Assembly (NCBI RefSeq): GCF_006345805.1
Contig: NC_043001.1
Location: 75,888,001-75,952,000, forward strand
Direction of reading: 5' to 3'
From: Octopus sinensis
Taxonomy: Eukaryota
Length of the DNA stretch: 64,000 nucleotides
Part shown: positions 47,560 to 61,342 of the stretch, piece after piece
How the letters are laid out: each line of letters begins with the position of its first letter
Position numbering within the stretch: the first letter of the stretch is position 1
The notes under the pieces: model-generated
What the model was told of the DNA's origin: nothing
Seen by the model: only the letters and a program-made list of their open reading frames with translations
Databases searched by the model: none
Translations under genes and position numbers: made by a program

Positions 47560-47816
47560 GAGAAGATGATCTTGAAATCGGGGATTTTAAACTAACGGAG
47601 GCACACTTGTATATCGCCCGAGGAAACACGACATACAAACAGTTGTATAATCAATGTAATCTTGGAGAACTATGTTGTGTCGAAGCATTGTAGCGAATAA
47701 TAAACAAATGTCAAACCGTACTCCCTCTTCCTAACTCCAATTTGTTTTCGATATATATATATATATATATATATTATTATATACATATGTTATATATATA
47801 TGTATATATATGTGTG

Positions 47817-47884
<68 letters not shown>

Positions 47885-47889
47885 GTATG

Positions 47890-47974
<85 letters not shown>

Positions 47975-48619
47975 TTCTATATATATATAGTATGTATATA
48001 TATATATATAATATATATATATTTATATATATATGTTGTGTTATATATACATATATATAGTATATATATATATATATCTGTGTGTGTGTGCGGCGCGCGG
48101 CTATATATGTACATGTATACATACATGCATACATACATATATATATATATGTATACTCAACTCCATGCAACTTAAAATTTCGTAGTCTCGTAGAAGAAAC
48201 CAAGCTATTCAGGCTTTTGGAGGTCAATGTACATTTGTGTGTATATATGTGTGTGAAAAAGAAGGAGAGAGTATTTGAGTGTCTGTGTGTATTCATGCGC
48301 GTTCGTCCGCGCTTATTTACATAATATATGCCCAGCTCCCACAGTTTCTGTCTACCCAATTCTTTTCACGAGATCAATGTTAGAATGTGATAGAAGGCAC
48401 TTAGCTTTGGTTCCATATTGTAGGGTTGAAGTTGGATCTTCTGCGTTTGTGCCTGGTCTCTGTCTTGAAGATACCTTCCCTATCCTTTACTTCTATTAGT
48501 CTCAGAGGCTCTGTGATGGGTTATGCTTTACTGCCTGTCTAACCTACCAAACAGATAACCATGTAATTAGATAGAAGATTGAGCTGGTTTTCGATGCTAG
48601 GGTATGCGGATATTTTTAA

Positions 48620-49145
48620 ACTACCTCACACGGAACGACAGGAAGAGGAATGAGGAGGTGCTAAGGCGAGCAGGAATGAGAGAAAAACTAACAATCAAAC
48701 TGGATAAACGAATGTTGAGGTAGTTTGGCTACATGGAGAGGATGGATGAGGAGCGGATGGTAAGGAGAATGTTGAACGCAGAAGTGGAAGGCGGCAGAAC
48801 CAGAGGCAGACCTCAGTTTGTGTGGATGGATGGAGTGAGAATAGCTTTGGTCGCTAGAGGTGTTGGAGTGAGGGATACAAGGAAGTTTATAAATGATAGG
48901 AAATCTTGGAGAGTGTTTGTAGACGGATGAGTGAATTTGTTGTTGTTCAAAGGGGTACGGAACCAGCATGATGCGGTGGGGTAAACCAGCATATACTTTC
49001 GGGCCCCGCTGCTAATATTGGGGGTTGCGTTCTATGCCTTGACCCGACCCGAGTATAGAACAGGGCTCGCCTCTTTGAGCTGAGAAATGAATAGAATGCC
49101 TGGTGTATGTCTTGTTGTGGCTACCCAGTCCTAAAAATGTGGAAT
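48620..49145 (+). mobile_element. RTE-type LINE 3' end
   Basis: DRKRNEEVLRRAG...MLR*FGYMERMDEERMVRRMLNAEVEGGRTRGRPQFVWMDGV...DRKSWRVFV. Confidence 0.85.
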
Positions 49146-49177
49146 AGTCCTGAGTACATTCATACACACACACACAT

Positions 49178-49262
<85 letters not shown>

Positions 49263-49269
49263 CAATAAC

Positions 49270-49420
49270 ACGACGGGCTTCTTTCAGGTTCCAACAACCA
49301 AATTCACCGACAGGGCTTGGGTCGTCCCGAGGCTATAATAGAAGACATTTGCCAAAGGTACCATAACTACGTGGTTAAGAAACCAGCTTCTTACAACACA
49401 GCTACACGTGCGCCTTAATA
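49270..49420 (-). mobile_element. tRNA-SINE 5' module of the composite family
   Basis: cgacgggcttctttcagg...ggctataatagaagacatttgccaaaggt...cttacaacacagctacacgtgcgcc. Confidence 0.75.
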
Positions 49421-49946
49421 TTTTTTGTTATCTCCCCCTACTCCATGATAGTATATCTAGTTCTACTTCATCCAGTGTAACACACTATCTTTAACACGCC
49501 AGTGACAAGTTTGACGGATATTTGGCTACTATTTCTAGCGAGTAAGACGACAACGACATAACGCTTGTTCACAGGGCCGCCTCGTTCCCGTTGTATTTTG
49601 TTTTCGCTATACACCAAAGTCATCTCAAACATTAAAACGAAATGACAAACAGTCGGGCTTGGTGTTCTGTTTATGTTGAAAGCATAGTTTACTTACTGTG
49701 GGCTGCTGATAACTAAAATCCTCTAACGCCGTTCATTGTTTGGGTAAGAACGGTTAAACAGGATTGTGTGAATGACAGATTTGGGGAAATTCCTGAAAAT
49801 CTGCACTTAATAATGAGCCTATAGAATACACATTGTTGTTATCCAACCGTTTGTGCTCATTGCATATTTAAAATATGATAAAAACATTTAAATAATGTGA
49901 ATTTAATTTTGTATACATATTATGTATGTATTTACATATGTGTGTG

Positions 49947-49988
<42 letters not shown>

Positions 49989-50123
49989 TAAAAGCAGGCG
50001 TGACTGTGTGATAAGAACATTGGTTCTCAAAACCCTTGTAATAGGATTTGGTAGTCAAAAACTGAAACATCTTGTTATATACGTACATACATACATACAT
50101 ACATATATTCATACATACATACA

Positions 50124-50156
<33 letters not shown>

Positions 50157-50339
50157 TCATACATACATACATACGTACGTACGTACATACATATACTGAG
50201 AAAGACCAACAAAAGCTCAATCTTTCCATATGGCGTAATACCAATGAAATAATTTTATTTTAAAACTAACCAGGGTAGAGAGAGGGCAAGCTTAACCCCA
50301 TTTGATATACGAATAGGTAGATTTTTTTATCAGTCTATA

Positions 50340-50705
50340 TGGAAAGTTATGGTGCTATGTTCGGAAGGAATTTGACTGACATTAGTAATAGAGACGTAAT
50401 TACGTATACTAGAAAAACACTGCTGTTCAGTAAATTTTCGGCCCGGGTCAAACAAACTGACCCAGTAGGCTCCTTCGATGTGGTGATGGGGGCATTCGAC
50501 TGCAGATATTTGTGGCTGCATAGGTATACACTTGCTAGACACCTTAAAGAGAAGGTTTCCTTTGTAGTCTATACAGAGGTGATGCTTTAGCAATCTCTAG
50601 AAGGCGTCAATGGGACACCTTAGACAGGCATAGCAAGGACCTAACTCACACCCTGAGCTCCTTTGGCCTTAAGATTACAATTCACGCCGACCTTACTATT
50701 ATCAT
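50340..50705 (+). mobile_element. Penelope-like reverse transcriptase core remnant
   Basis: RKTLLFS, SFDVVMGAFD, a decayed YRDD-like motif (ctatacagaggtgatgct, LYRGDA), SSFGLKITIHADLTII. Confidence 0.8.
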
Positions 50706-50719
50706 TTATCTTTTCTCTC

Positions 50720-50925
50720 CTATCATGTTTCAGCCATTAGACTGCGGTAATGCTGGAGCACTGCCTTGAAGAAATTTAGTCAAACTAATCAACTAAATTT
50801 CTTTTCAAGCCTAGTACTTATTCTATCGGACTCTTTTCCCGAACCGCTAAGCTTTCGGGGACGTAAACACAACAACACCGGTTGTCAAGCGGAACAAACA
50901 CAGACACAAAGAAACACACACACAT

Positions 50926-50970
<45 letters not shown>

Positions 50971-51230
50971 ATATATATATGTATATATATATGTATATTT
51001 ATTTCTTTACTACCCACAAGGGGCTAAACACAGAGGGGACAAACAAGGACAGACAAAGGGATTAAGTCTATTCCATCGACTCCAGTGCGAAACTGGTACT
51101 TAATTTATCGACCCCGAAAGGATGAAAGGCAAAGTCAACCTCGGCGGAATTTGAACTCAGAACGTAACGACAGACGAAATACGGCTACGCATTTCGCCCA
51201 GTGTGCTACCGTTTCTGCCAGCTCGCCGCA
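50720..51230 (-). mobile_element. Composite-SINE 3' module (50720-50905) and Meta-domain-like SINE (51000-51230)
   Basis: Matches the families described above. Confidence 0.8.
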
Positions 51231-51749
51231 TATATATATATATATATGTATATTGCCCATCAAACACCCTACCACTGACCATCCCATCAGCTCACATATG
51301 CAAAAACAAACAGCTACACAAAAGACCACCACTTCGGTTACCATAGCTTCTGAATTCTTCCAACCATCACATACACAAAGATCACTCACACATACACATA
51401 TAGACACCTAATACCAACACAACACACACGCGCGCACATAAACAGCTAATACCACAAACAATACGCACGCGCACATCTACACACACACACACAGAATTAC
51501 CAACACACATACATACACACGCACTCAGTTACTGCCAGACACACATACGCATACACACACATGCTATTACACACGCGCGCGTATACCCACATATACACAC
51601 AGATATCACCTTCTCTTACACTCTCCTGTCTTAGAAAGCATTTTTTCTATGTCCATTCACTTCCGGTCATTCCAAAATGTAACTACATGTGGATTGTTGG
51701 TGATTTTTTTCCTCCTTCTTCCTTTTCTTTTGGACTTTCATCTGTCTTT

Positions 51750-51786
51750 TGTTTCTGAAGAAGAGCTTTGCTCGAAACGTAAAACA
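51750..51786 (+). ncRNA. Minimal type I hammerhead ribozyme, intact
   Basis: tgttt CTGAAGA a GAGC ttt GCTC GAAA CGTA aaaca; predicted cleavage after 51781. Confidence 0.8.
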
Positions 51787-51951
51787 CTCTTTTTTTCCTT
51801 CCCTGATCGTCTTATTAATACTTTGCATGTACCACGTACTTGTATCGTTGTTTTTTATTGTTGTTTTTTCTCTGTTTGGGAGGATTAATTATATATACAT
51901 ACACACATACATACATACATACATACATACATACATACATACATACATACA

Positions 51952-51987
<36 letters not shown>

Positions 51988-52726
51988 TGTATGTATAGAC
52001 AGCATCGAAAAATAGGTCATACGAATCGTTGTCATGAGGACACTTTCTAATATCTTCAACCCTTGGCCATAGACGTGCTCAGTTTGTCACACTGATTCTG
52101 CATCAGAATTATACTTTAGTTACACGAATCTATGGAATGCTCAGCTAGTTATATGCTAATTCAGGAGTAGGTAATCAATCAACTGAATCTTCTTTGTTGA
52201 ACAACAGGGATCCATTTAGGTAGTTTTAATGAAGTTAGGTGATTTCAGGTAGGATAGAAACCAAGTTTCTTACTTTTTTATCGCTACTACATTGGGCTCT
52301 ATTCTTCAGGTCTGCTTCATCTAGTGCCACGCCTATTCAAGTTCATTCAAGCCACTCATCTCTCCTCCTCTCCCTTCCTTCATAATATTATTTGTCGCTC
52401 CATTCTAGACCAGTAATAACCTGGTATCAAAAGTCCTCTCCTGAATGTATGTTGTTTGTATTTAACTCCTCACCCATTTCCATCTCCAACTGTTCAAGAA
52501 CATCAGTCGCATTGATCTCAAAGAGGATCACGGCAACATTCCTTCCTTCCAGACCAAACCATTAAAGCAAACCTCTCGCTGACACAGTTTGAAAATAACA
52601 GCAACATTACGGACAGGAGAGATATTCTTGTTGAGCTGAAATAATCCCACGTGTCTCAATACATGAAATTAAACTGGCAGTGACTACAGGAAAATTTGGG
52701 ACGGATTTTAATATGTGTCCGTGCAG

Positions 52727-52825
52727 ACTGGAATTTGAAGTAAACAGGAATGTGGTAATAACCAATGTGCCAGCCTTGTATGGAAGTATTCTGCTTTCAG
52801 AACCTTTAAATATGAAGAGTGGCAG
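52727..52825 (+). CDS. Candidate isolated 99-nt symmetric exon, product unknown
   Basis: gtgcag acceptor and CAG|GTAAGA donor. One frame is open (LEFEVNRNVVITNVPALYGSILLSEPLNMKSG) and the other two contain stops. No partner exon was found. Confidence 0.2.
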
Positions 52826-53759
52826 GTAAGAGGATCTGGCGAAGTTGGTTCAGAATATGTGTTGTGTATTCTACAATAATGTTTATGTATGTGCATTATC
52901 AAGTTGCAAACAAATCAAAATCTAATTGATGTAAATATTAAGTAACATGCAGATAACGGAGAAAAATAGTCAAGAGACAGATTTACTGCAAATTAAGTCG
53001 TTTATCTCGATCTCGGTGCAAAACTACCGACAACGAGACAACTTCACTCACTGCTTTGATTTCAGTTTTATATAGAAATGTACTCACTGAAACACAACCA
53101 AAGTTTTGAAACTGATAAAAGGTTTAGTCATTATTTAATCAACAAACATCGTTAAAATAACTATACTATGGACATACGCCTTAATCCCTTGAGTAATCTA
53201 AAACTTTACGACACAGAAAATATCCTGCCGCTACGCAAACCAATAAATACATAAATTTTGCTGTACACTTCTGGTTTCTGTAGATTTTAGTATGTATATT
53301 CATAGGGTACGTGCAGAACTAAGAGAATCCATGAAATAACGTATCCATTATTAAAACATTCTAACAGATTCGTAGCAGACATCAGTATGCATCACAAATA
53401 ATTTTTCTAGCTTTGACTGAGGAAATATACAATAAGGTCCAAACATCGTGGTGTCTCAAAATCCCTTTACACCAGTGCATCACGTACTTTATGAGTACGT
53501 ATAGTCGAAAGAATGGAAGTGCTCTCCGATGATAAAAAAAGAGCAGTTATCAAATTTTCACGTTCTAATCTGCCAGAATGTATTGTGAATAAATCTTGTT
53601 TATGTCTAATTCCTTTAAAACTGTGTCTCCAAAAGTTGTTAATTGTTTATTTTTTACAAAGCACTTGTTAAAATAACTACGATTGTATAGATTAGTTTGT
53701 TTGTTTGTGCGCAATTTCGAAAAGAAGATTTTCATTTACTTTGGAAGAACTAATTTTAT

Positions 53760-54880
53760 AAACAGACACAGCGACGATAGCCTTGCTAAGAGACATAGAA
53801 GAGGAAGAGGTAGCTTTGGTTGTGAGTTGCAAGATACCTCAGAGTCCTCCCCCTACAACCCTCAGATGGAAGGGGAGGAAAGCGCTCAACTGGTTCAAAG
53901 TACAGTGGACCACATTTCCACTATGACAATGAACAGTACAACAACAAAAACAACACAGCACGAGGATTTAATTCCATTTACGAAACAGAATTCCCCGAAA
54001 TATACGAGACAATACCAAAGACATCAACTAACAGCGTCAACAATAAGACAACGAGCACGGCCATTACCTGCTCCATAACTCTGCTAAACAGAGATTATAA
54101 GATCTTGGCCAAGATATTAGCCAAGACGTTGGTGCTTGTCGTCTATAAGCTGGTCGGTGACGCACAGACACGCCCTATCCCAAACATCTATCTACGACTA
54201 CCTCTACCTCACGCGTTACGTTATAGAGAGGCTGGGTTAGGAACATGGCATGCGTGTGCCCTGATCAATTTGGATCAATCGAAATCTTTTGATACGATGA
54301 ACCACCAATACTTGGAAGCTATCATCGCGGTAGCCGGTTTCGATTCCGTTTTAAGAGGCTAGATCGCTACAGTGCTGAGCGACATCTGTTCGGTGGCCAA
54401 AGTAAATGGCCACCTATCGGAATCGTTTAGCATCGCACGTTCGGTCCGTCAAGGATACTCACTCTCACCACAACTTCTGTACGAGTTGGCCATCGAGCCA
54501 TTTCTGCGAAACTGGATGTTTTGAGGGATATCCCGCGGGAACTAGGATGCAGAAGGTTCGTGTCGGCTTATGCGGACGACGTCACCGTAATAATATTGTA
54601 TATATCCGAAATCGTGGTGATCGGCACTGCCGTAAGGGAGTACGAAGCGGTGACAAGAGCAAAGATTAATAAGAAATCGGTGGGCCTGCAGCTCGGCACC
54701 AAGAGAGAGCAGATCCTTGCCGACCGACAGTGTCGTAGGGTGATGAAACCGTTCTGCATGCAGTTGTCAAGTCTGTGGGCATTGCTGACTTGTGGAGCAT
54801 TGTCGAAGAACCGTCGACGTGTGTAGGACGAATTCGGTCATCAGCCGAATCCATCGTGAGAATCCTCCTGCTAACGTCTT
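53760..54880 (+). mobile_element. L1/Tx1-clade reverse transcriptase remnant
   Basis: LLNRDYKILAKILA, LDQSKSFD, SVRQG, AIEPFLRKL and SAYADDVTV. Confidence 0.9.
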
Positions 54881-54989
54881 TTGACCGGGAATGGAAGGCA
54901 ATTTTTTATTGTCTGGTGGCTATGGCGAAAGGAGCTAGATACTGAAAACTGTCTTCAGTCAAAGACCTCCTACACCACATTACTGTGGT

Positions 54990-55138
54990 GTAGGAGACGT
55001 GTATTCCACTTGGCCATACTAACTTGTAAGATTTTGGAGACTACAAGAGGGATCTTATATATCTCAAAGGCCTTGAGTAGCCAGTCATGTGGGAAACTAT
55101 CAAACGCTTTTGGTTTGCGATTATTATTATTATTATTA

Positions 55139-55172
<34 letters not shown>

Positions 55173-55950
55173 GACATCGTGAGGTTGTTGATTGAAGATA
55201 CTGTGTCTACTGTTTTTCCAGTGTACTGTTTTTCAAGTCACAACAAGGACTTCAGATAGACAGTACTTTACGCAATATGCGTTCAGTCTCCAAGTAATGC
55301 TGACTTTTGCAATACATCTAGAGTGTAGGGTATTTCTAAGGTTTTCAGATGTTTTTTTCAGATTGGGTGGTGTTGAACCCAATTCTCCGATGGCAATAGG
55401 GATAACCTTTATGTCCGACTCTCGTGGCTGCCACATCTTTTCGCCCATTACCTTTTCCGGTGTATGTTGGTACCAAGCACCCGCAAACTCAGATCCACAT
55501 TTACGGCAATGTAGACAGTGGAGGTTTTTGGGCTACTTTGTGTCTACGATTGTACTCTTTCTGCGCAAGACTTTTATAAGCACTATCAATGTGATTCACT
55601 TTCAACCCTCTTTCCACACATTCTGCAGAGGTCCGATGCACTTATGTGGTATATATTCTTATTCACTTAGCCAGCATTCAATGCCTTGTCCTGGGCCGAG
55701 TTCAGTAGGTTTTCAGTATTATTTTTCTGGTCACCTTTGTTGAGCCACCTCCATGAAGCCTCCTGGTCTTTTAATTAGTTGGTTTCACAGTGGAAATGAC
55801 CATGTAATTCCATACGAAGTAGTGTTTCTTCTCTCTCGTTGGCTGTTCTTGTTCGGAATTCATGAGCACTCTGAAGTCCGTTTTTTTGTGAACTCTTTCT
55901 GCACTAGCAGCATACTGTAGCATGTCTTCTTTGCTGTTTACCTAATATTC
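54990..55950 (-). mobile_element. R4-like LINE fragments: CCHC-RLE 3' end with (TAA)n tail (55120-55950) and an RT piece (54990-55105)
   Basis: SWRWLNKG..AQDKAL..CRMC...HI..LAQKEYNRRH..WYQHTPEKV; VIPIAIGELG; KAFDSFPHDWLLKAFEIYKIP. Confidence 0.85.
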
Positions 55951-55984
55951 TGCTACGTTTCTTCCATCAACCCTTGTGCTCACC

Positions 55985-56582
55985 CGGTACTTGCTTTGTT
56001 GACCCCGATAGAATGAAAGGCAAACTCGACCGCGGAGGAATTTGAACTCAGAATGTAAAGACGGGCAAAATGTCGTTAAGCATTCTGTCTGGAGTGCTAA
56101 TGATTCTGCCAGCTCACCGCCTTAATAATGATAATGGTTTTCAAATTTTGGCACAAGGACAGCAATTATGAGTGAGTTGGTAATTTGATTACATCGACCA
56201 CACTGTTCAACTAGAACTTATCTTATTAGCCCCCAAAAGATGAAAGGCAAAGTCAACCTCGACGGAATTAGAATCCAGAAAGTAAGGACGGACAAAATGC
56301 TGGTAAACATTTTCTCCAGCATGCTAGCGATTGTGCCAGCTCGTGGCCTTAATAAAAAATAATAATAATCATTTCTACTATAAGCAGAAGGCCCTGAAAT
56401 TTGTGGGGAGGGGACTAGTCGATTACATCGACCCTAGTGTTTTACTGCTACTTAATTTTTCGACCCCTAAGGATGAAAGCCAAAGTCGACCTCGGTAGAA
56501 TTTGAACTCAGAACGTCGCGGCAGGCGAAATACCGCTAATCATTTCGTCCAGAACGCTAACGAATGAGCGAGCTCACCGCTT
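55985..56582 (-). mobile_element. Cluster of three head-to-tail Meta-domain-like SINEs
   Basis: Copies at about 55985-56123, 56136-56350 and 56370-56582, joined by taataat runs. Confidence 0.85.
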
Positions 56583-56679
56583 TAGAAAAAAATAATAATG
56601 ATGATGATAATCTTTTTTACTATTGGCAGAATGCCTGCAATTTTGGGTGGGGTGAGATAGTCGATAATATCAATGCACT

Positions 56680-56985
56680 GTGTATCTTGATATGAGGTCA
56701 CCATGTCATGCACATATAGTTGTGATGCATGTGCCTGATATATTCTTATCAGACGGGTAGTGACGATGGATATATTGGGCTTCGTATATTTGTACTCAAG
56801 CATTACTTTGATGGCATGCGCCATTACAATACCAGTGTATTACAATACCAGTGTTTTTAGGAGCACTAGTAATGATCATAAAGAAACTGAAAATTATTTG
56901 AGAATGATCCCTGGCTTATCATCCCTGCAAGAAGTGCAAAAGATTGTTTTAATTGGTACGTCACAGGTATTGAGAAGAGAATAGT
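56680..56985 (+). mobile_element. LINE 3'-UTR-type repeat plus R4-like ORF end
   Basis: Matches 23220-23672; IPGLSSLQEVQKIVLIGTSQVLRRE*. Confidence 0.65.
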
Positions 56986-57089
56986 CGATGTTGAACCTTT
57001 ACTACCTGTATGTTTAATTTAATGGCTTACCAATACAGTGAGTTCCTTTGCCCTAGAAATCGGGAAGACACTCGGCAGAGCTCCCCCAC

Positions 57090-57265
57090 TCAATAATAAT
57101 AATAATAATAAGAAGAAGAGAAGAAGAAGAAGAGAAGAAGAAGAGAAGAAGAAGAAGAAGAAGAAGAAAAAAAAAAAGAAGAAGAAGAAGAAGAAGAAGA
57201 AAGAAGAAGAAGAAGAAGAAGAAGAAGAAAAGAAAAGAAGAAGAAAGAAGAAGAGAAGAAGAGAA
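57090..57265. repeat. (AAT)n-(GAA)n microsatellite
   Basis: Directly visible. Confidence 0.95.
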
Positions 57266-57399
57266 GAGTTTCTGATGAAGGCACAAGGCCAGAAATTTGG
57301 AGTTGAGGATACCATCGACCACGGCACTTTATTTTATCGCCCCAGGAGCGATGACAAATAAAGTTGATCTCGGTGGAATTTGAACTCAGAATACTCCTT

Positions 57400-57805
57400 A
57401 CTCTTACTCTTATTCTTGTTTCAGTCATGTGACTGTGACCATGCTGGAACACCGCCTTTAGTCGAGCAAATCGACCCAGGACTCACTTTTTGTAAGCCCA
57501 GTACTTAATCTATCGGTCCCTTTTGCCGAACCGCTAAGTTACGAGGACGTAAACACACCAGCGTCGGCTGTCAAGCGATGTTGGGGGGAACAAACACAGA
57601 CACAAAAACAAATACACACACATACATATATATATACATATACACGACGGGTTTCTTTCAGTTTCCGTCCACAAAATCCACTCACAAGGTTTTGGTCGGG
57701 CCAAGGCTATAGTAGAAGACACTTGCCCAAGGTGCCACGCAGTGGGACTGAATCCGGAACCATGTGGTTCGTAAGCAAGCTATTTACCACACAGTCACTC
57801 CTACG
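57400..57805 (-). mobile_element. Complete composite tRNA-SINE
   Basis: Head at about 57805, CORE-like domain, internal (TA)(TG) run, 3' module and AAGAGT/AAGAAT tail. Confidence 0.9.
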
Positions 57806-57942
57806 CATTATTTCTTAAATATCCTTTATTTGCCGAAAGATAATGTTACATTTTTATCATAATATTAATTTTTTTTATGACATTAATAACTTTTTTTTAA
57901 GAATAGCAAAAAAGAGTAAATAATACCGATAATAATAATAAA

Positions 57943-57985
<43 letters not shown>

Positions 57986-58523
57986 TAATAATAATAATAA
58001 TAATAATACTGTTTTTGTTTTTTGTTGTTTTTTTTTCAATGATAATTCTTATCCATTCTTAGCACACCGGCGAACTTTTAGTGAATGTCTTACGGAGAAT
58101 CGGTTTCAGACAGAATTAACGTTAGCGGTCATCACGGATCATTGAATAGTTTCGTTAAGTATCTCGCCTGTTCTAATAGTCTATAGCATTTCTCGGCTGT
58201 ACCAAGTTTATTTAAATACACTGACAAAAACTTCTCTTACGCTTCGCTTCATAATAACAGCGCCAACGCGTCGCCCATTGCCAATTCTAAGCAAGAACTG
58301 AAACGAAGAGACAACATATTGCTGGCATCGTATTTATTTTCATTGGTCAATGAATAACCAATGAGGCACTACTTTGGATACAACTACACATATATATATC
58401 CGCCGGTGTTACACTTTGATGTGTGCGGCAATTGTATTGCCCGCATTATCCAATATCAGGACACAAAGTCAAGCATTGCTAAAATGATTCAATGTCTATA
58501 GGTATGATATATATATATAATAT

Positions 58524-58583
<60 letters not shown>

Positions 58584-58598
58584 CATACATATACATAG

Positions 58599-58637
<39 letters not shown>

Positions 58638-58645
58638 CATACCTA

Positions 58646-58728
<83 letters not shown>

Positions 58729-58743
58729 CATACATATACATAG

Positions 58744-58782
<39 letters not shown>

Positions 58783-58834
58783 CATACCTATATAATGTAT
58801 ATATAATATATATATATATATATACAACATACAT

Positions 58835-58871
<37 letters not shown>

Positions 58872-58993
58872 CAACACACATACATATACGTATGAAGAGT
58901 GTATGTGTATTTGTATTTAATATGTGATTCAATATGTATGTATATGTGTGTATATATATATATGTGTGTGTGTGTGTGTATGTCTGCATGAAT

Positions 58994-59030
<37 letters not shown>

Positions 59031-59525
59031 GTATACATGTGTGCGTGTATTTTTTCGTATGTTGGTATGTATACATATGTATTTATTCACATAAAATTAT
59101 CTCGATAGATACATGACTATGTATATGTGTGTACATGTGTAACTGTGCATTTATGCGATTGTGTGTTTGTGTATGTGTGTGTGTGTGGGGGGGGGTGGTG
59201 CGTGTGTGTGTCACTGTATTGCAAGAGTCATTAAAAATGGCGCCGGTGGGGCTGAATAGCAAAATATTAAATATCCTATCAAAATGTGTACGCTTCATTT
59301 AGTAAAATGAAATATACTGCTATTGTATTAATATGTTTTTCGAATGAATCGCAAGCCAGCAGACAGATGATGAGTGTCGTAAAATAAGCGAAAATGTTTA
59401 CGGCATTAAGTCGACCATCGTAGTTATCTGTCTTTATATAATAGGGTTTATATGTACTCATCTCCAAAGATAACGAAACCGAATACACGTAATGTCATAC
59501 CTATTCCAAGCAAATTGTGTGTGTA

Positions 59526-59557
<32 letters not shown>

Positions 59558-59660
59558 TGTGTGTGTATGAACAGAGAATGAAAGGGGGCAGTTGCAGGAG
59601 TGAGTGTCTTTATGCATGTATATATATTATATATATAATATATATATATATTATAAATAA

Positions 59661-59720
<60 letters not shown>

Positions 59721-59833
59721 ATATATATACACTGTATATAATATATGTATATATTGTGTGTGTATGTGTGTGTGTGTGTGTGTGTATTTATGTACACGCG
59801 CATATATATATACATATATATATATAGATATAC

Positions 59834-59866
<33 letters not shown>

Positions 59867-60344
59867 TATATATACACACACAATGTGTCTATGTATGTAT
59901 GTATCTATGTATATATGTATGCGCGCATATACGTATATATTAGCAAAAGCAAGCAATAAATGCATGCACTCGTCTTCTGCATTGAGTACTTTTTGCCTGT
60001 ATAGTAAATCAAGATTACACACGCGCAAACATACTCACATACACATACACACACATACCCATACTCATACACATACACACACCTATACATAGATCAAATT
60101 ATTTACTTTCATACATATATACTTATATTTTTGGCACGGCTTACTACACATTTATGTACCCAAGTATATTTAACACATGTGTAGGTGTCCTATGCGCATT
60201 TGTATGACTATGCAGATATAAGTGTATATGTGTATGCGTATCCGGGTGTATATGGGTATGTATGCATGTATGTATACGTGTATATATATATATATATTAT
60301 ATATATTTCAACATATACATATATATATAAATAAATATATATAT

Positions 60345-60418
<74 letters not shown>

Positions 60419-61145
60419 CATAATAGAATTAGCCAAGTGTACAGATCAATAACGTCTAATGTTTTTAGTAAATTCAAGCTGAAATTTTTCTATTCGACAA
60501 CCTGAAGCTTAATACGTCCGTCTGGGTGCTTATGGTTCTTTGAGTCAAGTTAGTATTGCACGAACAGAGTCTGAAAAAAATGTTGCGTAATTCACACTTT
60601 GGCACACAGAGACACACACAGCCAAACGCATACACTGATCGACAGTGACACATACACCCACACATATACCTATATATATATACTTACATATAGACATATA
60701 TATACATGCATACCCACGAACAATTTTTTTCACAGTCAAACTTGGTTTGGTAATGGTTGTATCACTCGAATAAAATATTACACAATTCATTCTGTCTCTC
60801 CCCTTTCTCCCTATCTCCCCCTCCCTTTTTCACTCTCTCTCTCTCTCTCTCTACCTTTTTTCTCTCTTTCTCTTTCATATACGCAGACATTCACAAACCG
60901 ATGACCAATACTCACAACCATGTGTGTATGATCGTTAGTATTGGAGGTGTTTGAGTATGTGTACGATAAGTATATATATATATATTTATGTGTGTGTTTG
61001 TGTGTAGGTGTGTGTGTGTGTAAGTGTGTACATATATATATATATCCATTTATGTAATATAAATATAAAACTATATCTATATATTTATAGATATATGTGT
61101 ATATATATTTATGGATACGTGTGTGTATATATGTATATATTTATA

Positions 61146-61191
<46 letters not shown>

Positions 61192-61286
61192 CATATATAT
61201 ATATATAAGTATACATAGATGCATGTATATATACATACATACTGAGAGACATAATACAGATATATATATATAGATAGAGAGAGAGG

Positions 61287-61342
<56 letters not shown>

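Noticed and set aside
52255-52315. CTGAAGA...GAAACTTGGTT on the minus strand
   Set aside because: No stem II or stem I pairing; treated as chance.
54967-54996. Perfect 12-bp hairpin resembling a terminator
   Set aside because: Eukaryotic context, no U-tract, and it sits at the edge of LINE debris.
58330-58365. Paired CCAAT boxes; AAAATGGCG motifs also at about 11500 and 59235
   Set aside because: Short motifs are expected by chance in 64 kb, and there is no associated gene or other promoter evidence.
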